In this document: positions 1 through 12,857 of the stretch, one piece after another
How the letters are laid out: the number at the start of each line of letters is the position of its first letter
Position numbering within the stretch: the first letter of the stretch is position 1
NCBI RefSeq assembly: GCF_009914755.1
Contig: NC_060940.1
DNA: 64,000 nt
Direction: 5' to 3' (one strand)
Source: the human T2T-CHM13v2.0 reference genome, Homo sapiens
Program-made: the position numbers and the translations under genes
Notes under the pieces: generated by a model
The model's database searches: none
What the model was told of the DNA's origin: nothing
Seen by the model: only the letters and a program-made list of their open reading frames with translations

Positions 1-1100
1 CAATTCTATTCGAAGATTCCTTTCGATTCCATTCGATGATGATGGCATTCGATTCCTTTCAATCATTCCCTTTGATTCCATTCAAAGGTGATTTCATTCA
101 AGTCCATTCGATAATTGCATTCGATTCCATTCTATGATGATTCCATTCGAGTACATTTGATGATTCCATTCAATTCAAGTCAATGATGATTCCATTCGAT
201 TCCATTCGATGATTCCATTTGATTCCATTCGATGATGATTCCATTCAAATCCATTCGATAATTCAATTCAAGTCCATTCGATGATGATTCCAATCGAATC
301 CATTCAAAGGTTCCATTCAGTTCCATTCGATGATTCCCTTAGATTTCATTCGATGATTCCACTTGATTCCATTTACGATGATTCCATTCGATTCCATGTG
401 ATGATTCCATTCAATTCTATTCAATGATGTCTCCATTTGATTCCATTCGACCATGATTGCCTTTGATTCCATTCAATGATTCCATTCGTTTCCTTTTGAT
501 GATGATTCCGTTCGATTCCATTTGATGATTCCATTTGATTCCATTGGATGAGTCCATTCGATTACATTCGATGATTATTCCATTCGAGTGCATTAGATGA
601 TTCCATTCGAGTCCATTCGATGATTCCATTCGATTCCATTCGATGTTGATTCTGTTCAAATCCATTCGATGATTCCACTCGATTCCATTCGATGACTCCA
701 TTTGATCCCATTCGATGATTTCCTGTGATTCCCTTTGATGATCATTCCATTTGATTCAATTCGGTGATTTCATTTGATTCCATTCAGTGATGTTTCCATT
801 CGACTCCATTCGATGATGATTCCATTCGACTCCATTCGATTATGATTTCATTCAATTCCATTCGATAATGATTCCCTTCGAGTCCATTCGATGATTCCAT
901 TCGATTCCATTCAACGATGATTTGATTCGTGTCCATTCGATGATTCCATTTGATTCCACTTGATGATGATTCCATTCGAGTCCATTTGATGATTCCATTC
1001 AATTCCATTCTCCGATGATTTCTTTTGAGCCCACTCAATGCTTCCACTCGATTCCATATGATGATGACTCCATTCGATGAAATTCGATGATGATTCCATT

Positions 1101-4100
1101 CGCTTGCTTTCGATGATGATTCCACTTGAGTCCGTTAGAAGATTCTATTCAATTACATTCCATGACGATTCCGTTCGAGTCCATTTGATGATTCCATTAG
1201 ACTCCATTCGACGATGATTCCATTCGATGTTATTCGATGATTCCATTCGATCTCATTCGTTGATGATACCATTCAACTCCATTCGATGTTTCCATTCGAG
1301 TTCATTCTATTATTCCATTAGATTCCATTCGATGATGATTCCATTCGATTCCATTTGATGATTGCATTCTATTTCATTTGATGATGATTCCATTCGAGTC
1401 CACTCGATGATTCCATTCGAGTCCATTTAATGAATCCATTGGTTTCAATTCTATGATGATTACATTGGATTCCATTCGTTGATGATTTCATTCGTTTCCA
1501 TTCAATGATGATTCTATTCAATTCCTTTCAATGTTTCCTTTCAATTCCATACGATGATGATTCCATTTGATATGATTCGACAGTGAGCCATTCGATTCAT
1601 TTCCATGATGATTCTATTTGATTCAATTGGTTGACATTTCCATTCGATTCCATTCGATGATGATTCCCTTTGATTCCATTCAAAGATGATTCCATTCTAG
1701 CCCATTCAATCATTCCATTCGATTCTATTCAATGATGATTCCATTCATGTCGATTTGGTGATTCCATTTGACTTCATTTGATGATGATTCCTTTCAAGTT
1801 CATTAGATGATTCCATTCGATTCCATTTGATGATGATCCCATTCGAGTCCATTCAGTGATTCCATTCGTTTCCATTCCATGATGATTCCATTCCATTCCA
1901 TGCAATGATTCCATTCGATTCCGTTTGATGATGATTTCATTCGAGTCCATTTGATGATTCCATTTGATTCCATTCGATGATGATTCCATTCGAGTCCATT
2001 CGATGATTCTATTCGAATCCATTTGATGATTTCTTTTGATTATATTTGGTGATGATTCCATTGGAGTCCATTCAATGATTTCATTCTATTCCAATCGATG
2101 ATGATTCCATTAGAGTCCATTTAATGTTTCCATTTGATTCCAGTCTCTGATGATTACATTCGAGTCCATACGATGATTCCACTCAATTCCATATGATGAT
2201 GATTCCATTTGATTCCATTCGGTGATTCCATTCTATTCTATTCAATGGTGATTCCATTCGAGTACATTAGATGATTCCATTCGATTCCATTCAATGATGA
2301 TTCTATTTGTGTCCCTTAGATGATTCCACATGATTCCATTAGATGATGATACTATTTGAGCCCATCCAATGATTCCCTTCGATTCCATTCGATGAGGATT
2401 CCATTCGATTCAATTCATTGGTGATTCTATTCAATTCAATTCTTTGATTCCATTCCATTCCATTCGACAATGATTCCATTCGATTTCTTTCGATGATTCC
2501 ACTCGATTCCACTTGACATTGATTCCATTCGATTCCATTCAATGATTCCATTTGATTCCAGTGGATGAGGATTGCCATTGATTCCATTCGATCACTCCAT
2601 TCTATTCCATTTGATGATGATTACATTCGATTCCATTTGATGATTCCATCTGATTCTATTCGAGGATTCCATTTGATTCCATTCGATGATGATTCCATTC
2701 GAGTCCATTCGATGATTTCATTCGAGTACATCCAATGATTCCATTCGAGTCCATTTGATGATTCCATTTGATTCCATTTGATTATGATTCTACTAGAGTC
2801 CATTCAATGACTCCATTCGAGTCCATTCAACAATTCCATTCGACTCCCTTCGATGATTCCATTCGATTCCATTTGATGATTCCATTCGAGTCCATTTAAT
2901 CATTACAGTCGAGTCCATTTGGTGATTCCGCTGGATTTCCTCTGATAATGATACCATTCAATTACATTTGATGATGATCCCATTCAATTTCATTTGATGA
3001 TGATTCCATTAGAGTCCATTCGATGATTTCATTCGAGTCCCTTCATTGATTCCATCCGATTTCATTGGATGATGACTCCATTCGAGTCCATTCGATGATT
3101 CCACTCGATTCCATTAGATGATTCCATTGGAGTCCATTTGATTGTTCCATTCGATTCCATTCGATTCCTTTCGAAGATTATTCCATTTGAGTCCATTCGA
3201 TGATGATTCCATTCCATTCCATTCGATGATTCCGTTTGATTCCATTCGATGATTCCCTTCGATTCCTTTCTTTGATGATTCCATTCCATTCCATTCAATG
3301 ATTCCATTCGAATCTATTCCATGATGATTCCTTTCGATTCCATTCGCTGATGTTTCCGTTCAATTCCATTCGATGATGATTCCATTCGATTCCATTCATT
3401 GAGGATTCCATTTGATTCCATTCAATGATGATTCCATTCTATTCCATTCAATGATTGCATTCAATTCCATTCAATGATTATCCCATTAGAGTGAACTCAA
3501 CGATTCCATTCAATACCATTCGATGAAGATTCCTTTTGAGTTCATTCAATGATTTCATTCAAGTCCATTTGATGATTCCTTTCAATTCCATTCTATGATG
3601 ATTCCATTCGAGTCCATTCGATGATTCCATTCGATTGCATTCCATGATTCCATTATATTCCATTCAACGGTGATTCCATTCGAGTCCATTCGATGATTCC
3701 ATTAGAGTACATTTAATGATTGCTTTGTTTTCAATTCGAAGATGATTACATTGGATTCCATTCTATGATACCATTCGATTCCATTCAATGATGATTCCAC
3801 TCAAATCCATTGGATGATTCCATTCATGTCCATTCGGTGATTTCATTAGATACCATTCGAGGATGATTCCTTTCGATTCCATTCGATGATTGCATTCAAT
3901 TCCATTCGATGATGATTCCATTCGAGTCCATATGATCATTCCATTTGATTTCATTCGATGATGATTCCATTCGATTCCATTCGATGATTCCATTCTATTC
4001 CTTTCGATGATGATTCCATTCGAGTCCATTCGATGATTCCATTCGAGTCCATTTAATGATTCCATTGGGTTCAATTCAATGATGATTACATTGGATTCCT

Positions 4101-7100
4101 TTCTATGATTCCATTCAATTCCGTTCATTGACAATTTGATTCCATTCGATGATGATTCCATTTGAGTTCATTCGATGATTCTATTCGATTCTCTTCGATG
4201 GTGATTCAATTCTATTATATTGGATGATGCCATTCGATTCCATTTGATGTTGATTCAATTCGATTCTATTCGATGATGATTCCATTGGATTTCACTTGAT
4301 GATTCTATTCGATTCCATTCAATGATGATTCACTTCTCGTCCATTGGATGGTTCCATTTCATTCCATTCGATGATGATTCCATTCGATTCCATTCGATGA
4401 TTCCATTTGATTCCATTCGACGGTGACCAATTCGATTCAATTCCATGATGATTCTATTTGATTCAATTAGATGATGTTTCCATTCGAATCCATTCCATGA
4501 TTATTCCATTGGAATCCATTCGGCGATGATTCCATTTGAGTCAATTCAATGATGATTCCATATGGGTCCGTTCGATGATAATTCCATTTGATTTCATTCG
4601 ATGCTTCTATTCAATTCCAGTCGATGATGATTCCGTTGGAGTCCATACGATGATTCCATTTGATTTCATTTGATGATGATTCCATTCGATTCCATTCGAT
4701 GATGATTACATTGGATTCCATTCTATGATTCCATTCAATTCCATTCGTTGATGATTCGATTCCATTCAATGATGATTCCATTTGAGTTCATTCGATGATT
4801 CTATTCGATTCCGTTCGATGGTGATTCAATTCTCTTATATTGGATGATTCCACTCGATTCCATTTGATGATTATTCCATTGGAGTCCACTTAGTGAATCC
4901 TTTAGATTCTACTCGAAGATGATTCCATTCGAGTCCATTCGATGATACCATTCAATTCCATTCTTTGATGCTTCCATTCAAGTGCATTCGATGATATCAT
5001 TCGATTCCATCTGATGATAATTCCATTTGATTCCATGTGATGATTCTATTCCATTCCATTCAATGATAATTCCATTCAATTCAGTGATTCCTCTGGACTC
5101 CATTTGATGATGATTCCATTGAATGATTCCATTCGATTCTATTCGAAAATGATTCCATTTGAATCCATTTGATGATGATTCCATTAGATTCCATTTGATG
5201 ATTCCATTCGATTCCATTCGACGATGATTCCATTCGATTCCATTTGATGATTCCATTCTATTCTATTCGATGATGATTCCATTCGATTCCATTCGATGAT
5301 GATTGGATTCGATTCCATTTGATGATTTCATTTGATTCCATTCGATGATGATTTCGATCAATTCCATTCGATGATTCCATTCGATTCCATTCGATAATGA
5401 TTACATCCGAGTCCATTCGATGATTCCATTTGAGCCCGTTTGATAATTCCATTTGAGTCCAATCAATGATTCCATTCATTTCCATTCAATGATTCCATTC
5501 GAGTCCATTTGATCATTCCGGTAGGGTCCGTTCAATGTTGATTCCATTGGAGTGCATTCGATGATTCCATTCGAGTCCATTTTAGGATTTGATTCGAGTA
5601 CTTTCGATGATTCCATTCGATTCCACTCGATGCGATGATGATTTCATTCGAGTCCATTCGACACTTCCAATCGATTCCATTTGAAGTTTCCGTTCGAGTC
5701 CAATTGATGATTCCATTCAATTCCATTCGATGATGATTCCGTACGATTCCATTCTGTGATGATTCCATGTGATTGCATTCAATGATGATTCCTTTCGATT
5801 GCATTCGATTATGATTCATTTCGTGTTCATTCTATGGTTCCACAGGTTTCCATTCGTGTCCATTCCATTATTCCATTCTATTCCATTTGATGATGATTCC
5901 ATTCGATTCCATTCATTGGTGATTCCACTCAATTCCATTCAATGATTCCATTCCATTTCTTTCAACAATGATTCCATTAGTTTCTAATCGATGATCCACT
6001 GGATTCCATTTGACGACGATTCCATTCTTGTCCATTCGATGATTCCATTTGATTCCATATGATGATGATCCCATTCGATTCCATACGATGATGATTCCAC
6101 TCGAGTCCATTCAATGGTGATTCCATTCAATTCCATTCGATGATTCCTTTCGATTCCATTTGATGATGATGGCATTCGATTCCTTTCAATCATTCCCTTT
6201 GATTCCACTCAAAGGAGATTTCATTCAAGTCCATTCGATAATTGCATTCGATTCCATTCTATGATGATTCCATTGGAGTCCATTTGATGATTCCATTCAA
6301 TTCAAGTCAATGATGATTCCATTCGATTCCATTCGATGATTCCATTGGATTCCATTCGATGATGATTCCATTCAAATCCATTCGATAATTCAATTCACGT
6401 CCATTCGATGATGATTCCAATCGAATCCATTCAAAGATTCCATTCAATTCCATTCGATGATTCCCTTAGATTCCATTCGATGATTCCACTTGATTCCATT
6501 TACGATGATTCCATTCGATTCCATGTGATGATTCCATTCAATTCTATTCAATGATGTTTCCATTTGATTCCATTCGACCATGATTGCCTTTGATTCCATT
6601 CAATGATTCCATTCGGTTCCGTTTGATGATGATTCCGTTCGATTCCATTTGATGATTCCATTTGATTCCATTGGATGAGTCCATTCGATTACATTCGATG
6701 ATTATTCCATTCGAGTGCATTAGATGATTCCATTCGAGTCCATTCGATGATTCCATTCGAGTCCATTCGATGATTCCATTCGATTCCATTCGATGTTGAT
6801 TCTGTTCAAATCCATTCGATGATTCCACTCGATTCCATTCGATGACTCCATTTGATCCCATTCGATGATTTCCTTTGATTCCCTTTGATGATCATTCCAT
6901 TTGATACAATTCGGTGATTTCATTTGATTCCATTCAGTGATGTTTCCATTCGACTCCATTCGATGATGATTCCATTCGACTCCATTCGATTATGATTTCA
7001 TTCAATTCCATTCGATAAAGATTCCCTTCGAGTCCATTCGATGATTCCATTCGATTCCATTCAACGATGATTTGATTCGTGTCCATTCGATGATTCCATT

Positions 7101-7250
7101 TGATTCCACTTGATGAGGATTCCATTCGAGTCCATTTGATGATTCCATTCAATTCCATTCTCCGATGATTTCTTTTGAGCCCATTCAATGCTTCCACTCG
7201 ATTACATATGATGATGACTCCATTCGATGAAATTCGATGATGATTCCATT
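1101..7250 (+). repeat. Higher-order unit, short form, 6150 bp (used as reference unit)
   Basis: Landmark CGCTTGC at 1101 and 7251. Homologous ORFs are offset by 6150 (6127 upstream of a 23-bp monomer insertion near 6741). Confidence 0.9.
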
Positions 7251-9934
7251 CGCTTGCATTCGATGATGATTCCACTTGTGTCCGTTAGAAGATTCTATTC
7301 AATTACATTCCATGACGATTCTGTTCGAGTCCATTTGATGATTCCATTAGACTCCATTCGACGATGATTCCATTCGATGTTATTCGATGATTCCATTCGA
7401 TCTCATTCGATGATGATTCCATTCAACTCCATTCGATGTTTCCATTCGAGTTCATTCTATTATTCCATTAGATTCCATTCGATGATGATTCCATTCGATT
7501 CCATTTGATGATTGCATTCTATTTCATTTGATGATGATTCCATTCGAGTCCATTCGATGATTCCATTCGAGTCCATTTAATGAATCCATTGGTTTCAATT
7601 CTATGATGATTATATTGGATTCCATTCGTTGATGATTTCATTCGATTCCATTCAATGATGATTCCATTCAATTCCATTCAATGATTCCATTCAATTCCAT
7701 ACGATGATGATTCCATTTGATTTGATTCGACAGTGAGCCATTCGATTCAATTCCATGATGATTCTATTTTATTCAATTGGTTGACATTTCCATTCGATTC
7801 CATTCGATGATGATTCCCTTTGATTCCATTCAAAGATGATTCCATTCTAGCCCATTCAATCATTCCATTCGATTCTATTCAATGATGATTCCATTCATGT
7901 CGATTTGGTGATTCCATTTGACTTCATTTGATGATGATTCCTTTCAAGTTCATTAGATGATTCCATTCGATTCCATTTGATGATGATCCCATTCGAGTCC
8001 ATTCAGTGATTCCACTCGTTTCCATTCCATGATGATTCCATTCCATTCCATTCAATGATTCCATTCGATTCCGTTTGATGATGATTTCATTCGAGTCCAT
8101 TTGATGATTCCAGTTGATTCCATTCGATGATGATTCCATTCGAGTCCATTCGATGATTCTATTCGAATCCATTTGATGATTTCTTTTGATTATATTTGGT
8201 GATGATTCCATTGGAGTCCATTCAATGATTCCATTCGATTCCAATCGATGGTGATTCCATTAGAGTCCATTTAATGATTTCATTTGATTCCAGTCTCTGA
8301 TGATTACATTCGAGTCCATACGATGATTCCACTCAATTCCATATGATGATGATTCCATTCGATTCCATTCGATGATTCCATTCTATTCTATTCAATGGTG
8401 ATTCCATTCGAGTACATTAGATGACTCCATTCGATTCCATTCAATGATGATTCTATTTGTGTCCCTTAGATGATTCCACATGATTCCATTAGATGATGAT
8501 ACTATTTGAGCCCATCCAATGATTCCCTTCGATTCCATTCGATGAGGATTCCATTCGATTCAATTCATTGGTGATTCTATTCAATTCAATTCTTTGATTC
8601 CATTCCATTCCATTCGACAATGATTCCATTCGATTTCTTTCGATGATTCCACTCGATTCCACTTGACATTGATTCCATTCGATTCCATTCAATGATTCCA
8701 TTTGATTCCAGTGGATGATGATTGCCATCGATTCCATTCGATCACTCCATTCTATTCCATTTGATGATGATTACATTCGATTCCATTTGATGATTCCATC
8801 TGATTCTATTCGAGGATTCCATTTGATTCCATTCGATGATGATTCCATTCGAGTCCATTCGATGATTTCATTCGAGTACATCCAATGATTCCATTCGAGT
8901 CCATTTGATGATTCCATTTGATTCCATTTGATAATGATTCTACTAGAGTCCATTCAATGACTCCATTGGAGTCCATTCAACAATTCCATTCGACTCCATT
9001 CGATGATTCCATTCGATTCCATTTGATGATTCCATTCGAGTCCATTTAATCATTACAGTCGAGTCCATTTGGTGATTCCACTGGATTTCTTTTGATAATG
9101 ATACCATTCCATTACATTTGATGATGATCCCATTCAATTTCATTTGATGATGATTCCATTAGAGTCCATTCCATGATTTCATTCGAGTCCCTTCATTGAT
9201 TCCATCCGATTTCATTTCATGATGACTCCATTCGAGTCCATTCGATGATTCCACTCGATTCCATTAGATGATTCCATTGGAGTCCATTTGATTGTTCCAT
9301 TCGATTCCATTCGATTCCTTTCGAAGATTATTCCATTTGAGTCGATTCGATGATGATTCCATTCCATTCCATTCGATGATTCCGTTTGATTCCATTCGAT
9401 GATTCCCTGCGATTCCTTTCTATGATGATTCCATTCCATTCCATTCAATGATTCCTTTCGAATCTATTCCATGATGATTCCTTTCAATTCCATTCGCTGA
9501 TGTTTCTGTTCAATTCCATTCGATGATGATTCCATTCGATTCCATTCATTGAGGATTCCATTTGATTCCATTCAATGATGATTCCATTCTATTCCATTCA
9601 ATGATTGCATTCAATTCCATTCAATGATTATGCCGTTAGAGTAAATTCAACGATTCCATTCAATACCATTCGATGATGATTCCTTTTGAGTCCATTCAAT
9701 GATTTCATTCAAGTCCATTTGATGATTCCTTTCAATTCCATTCCATGATGATTCCATTCGAGTCCATTCGATGATTCCATTCGATTACATTCGATGATTC
9801 CATTATATTCCATTCAACGATGATTCCATTCGAGTCCATTCGATGATTCCATTAGAGTACATTTAATGATTGCTTTGTTTTCAATTCGAAGATGATTACA
9901 TTGGATTCCATTCTAAGATTCCATTCGATTCCAT

Positions 9935-10695
9935 TCATTGATGATTCCACCCAATTCCATTCGATGATGATTCCATTCGATTTCATTCAATGATTCTACT
10001 CGATTCCATTCAATGATTATTCAATTCTATTCCGTTTGATGATTCCATTAGATTCCATTCTATGATGATTCCGTTCGAGTCCATTCGAAGGTTCCATTCG
10101 ATTACATTCCATGACGATTCCATTCGAGTCCATTCGATGATTCCATTTGAATCCATTCGACGATGATTCCATTTGATGCTATTCGATGATTCCATTGGAT
10201 TCCATTCGATGATGTTTCCATTCGACTTGATTTGATGATTCTATTTGAGTCCATTCGGTTATTTTATTAGACTACATTCGATGATGATTCCATTCGATGC
10301 CATTCAATGATTCCATTTGATTCCACTCAATGATGATTGCATTCGTGTCCATTCGATGATTCCATTTGGTTCCATTTGATGATGATTCCATTCGAGTCCA
10401 TTCGATGATACCATTCAATTCCATTCGATGATCATTCCATTCGAATCCATTTGATGATTCCACTCAATTCCATTTGATGACTCCTTTCATTCCCATTCGA
10501 TGATTCCCTTCAGTTCCAATTGGATGATCTTTCCATTTGATTCAATATGGTGACTCCATTCTATTATATTCAATGATGATTCCATTCGACTCCATTAGAT
10601 GATGACTCCATTCCATTCCATTCGATTGTGATTTCATTCGATTCCATTCGAAGATGATTCCATTCGAGTCCATTTGATGATTCCATTCGATTCCA
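9935..10695 (+). repeat. ~762-bp HSat2 segment absent from all other units in the window
   Basis: Offset to the reference unit changes from 6150 (3751->9901) to 6912 (TCAAATCC 3801->10713). Confidence 0.8.
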
Positions 10696-10789
10696 TTCAA
10701 TGATGATTCCACTCAAATCCATTGGATGATTCCATTCGTTTCCAATTGGTGATTTCATTAGATTCCATTCGAGGATGATTCTATTCGAG

Positions 10790-11810
10790 TCCATTCAATG
10801 ATTCCATTGGATTCCGTTTGATAATGATTCCATTAGAGTTCATTCGATGATTCCCTTCGAGTCCATTCGATTATTCCTTTTGATTCCATTTGATGTTGAT
10901 TCCATTCGAGTCCATTCGATCATTATTACATTTGATTCTATTCGATGATTCCATTCGATTCCATTTGATGAGGATTCCATTCGAGACCATTTGATGATTC
11001 CATTCAATTCATTTGATGATGATTCCATTCAATTCCATTGGATGATTCCAATATTTTCCATTAGATGATGATTCCATTCGATTCCATTCAATGATGATTC
11101 CATCAGAATCCATTCGATGATGACTCCTTTTGCTTCCATTCAATGATCATTACATTCGGTTCCATTCGATGATGATTCCTTTGGATTCCATTCGATGATG
11201 CTTCCATTCGATTCCATTTGATGATGATTCTTTTCGATTCCATTTGATGATGATTCCATTTGATTCCATTCGATGGTGATTCCATTTGATGATTCCATTC
11301 GATTGTATTCGATGATGATTCCACTCGATTCTATTTGATGATGACTGCATTCGATTCCATTCGATGATGATTCTGATCAATTGCATTCGATGATCCATTC
11401 GATTCCATTTGATGGTTCCATTTGATTCCATTTGATAATGATTCCTTTCGAGTCCATTCGATGATTCCATTTGCGGATATTCGATAATTCCATTTGAGTC
11501 CAACCGATGATTCCATTCGAGGCCATTCAGTCATTCTTTTTGAGTCCTTTCGATAAAGATTCCATTTTAGTCCATTCAATAATTCCACTGGAGTCCATTC
11601 GATGATTGCTTTTAATTCTATTCGATGATATTCCATTCGAGTCCATTCGATGATTCCATTCGTTGCTATTAGATGATGATTCCATTCATGACCATTTGGT
11701 GATTCCATTCGATTTCATTCGTTGATGATTCCATTCGAGTCCATTCCATGATTCCATTCAAGTCCATTTGATGATTTCTTTGAATTCAATTCGATGATGA
11801 TTCCATTCGA
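10790..11810 (+). repeat. ~1022-bp HSat2 segment absent from all other units in the window
   Basis: Offset changes from 6912 to 7934 (CCATATG 3928->11862). The ORF translations at 10840-11963 have no close copy elsewhere in the window. Confidence 0.8.
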
Positions 11811-12857
11811 GTCCATTCGATGATTCCATTCAGTTCCATTCGATGATGATTCCTTTCGAGACCATATGATGATTCCATTTGATTTCATTCGATGATGATT
11901 CCATTCGATTCCATTCGATGATTCCATTCTATTCCATTCGATGATGATTCCATTCGAGTCCATTTAATGATTCCATTGGGTTCAATTCAATGATGATTAC
12001 ATTGGATTCTCTTCTATGATTCCATTCAATTCCGTTCATTGACAATTTGATTCCATTCGATGATGATTCCATTTGAGTTCATTCGATGATTCTATTCGAT
12101 TCTCTTCGATGGTGATTCAATTCTATTATATTGGATGATTCCATTCGATTCCATTTGATGTTGATTCAATTCGATTCTCTTCGATGATGATTCCATTGGA
12201 TTTCATTTGATGATTCTATTCCATTCCATTCAATGATGATTCACTTCTCGTCCATTGGATGATTCCATTTCATTCCATTCGATGATGATTCCATTCGATT
12301 CCATTCGATGATTCCATTTGATTCCATTCGACGGTGAGCAATTCGATTCAATTCCATGATGATTCTATTTGATTCAGTTAGATGATGTTTCCATTCGAAT
12401 CCATTCCATGATTATTCCATTCGAATCCATTCGGCGATGATTCCATATGAGTCAATTCAATGATGATTCCATATGGGTCAGTTCGATGATAATTCCATTT
12501 GATTTCATTCGATGCTTCTATTCAATTCCAGTCGATGATGATTCCGTTGGAGTCCATACGATGACTCCATTTGATTTCATTTGATGATGATTCCATTCGA
12601 TTCCATTCGATGACTCCATTCTGTTCCATTCGATGATGATTCCATTCGAGTCCATTCGATGATTCCATTCGAGTCCATTTCATGATTCCATTGGGTTCAA
12701 TTCGATGATGATTACACTGGATTCCATTCTATGATTCCATTCAATTCCATTCGTTGATGATTCGATTCCATTCAATCATGATTCCATTTGAGTTCATTCG
12801 ATGATTCTATTCGATTCCGTTCGATGGTGATTCAATTCTATTATATTGGATGATTCC

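Noticed and set aside
4537-4543. AP-1 motif TGAGTCA about once per unit
   Set aside because: It lies one or two substitutions from the common CGAGTCC/TGAGTCC monomer core, so it is expected by chance; there is no evidence of function.
9935-11810. Combined 1.76-1.78-kb length difference as one inserted chr1-type ~1.8-kb unit
   Set aside because: It consists of two separate segments (762 and 1022 bp) split by ~95 bp that is collinear with the reference unit, so the length match may be coincidental.
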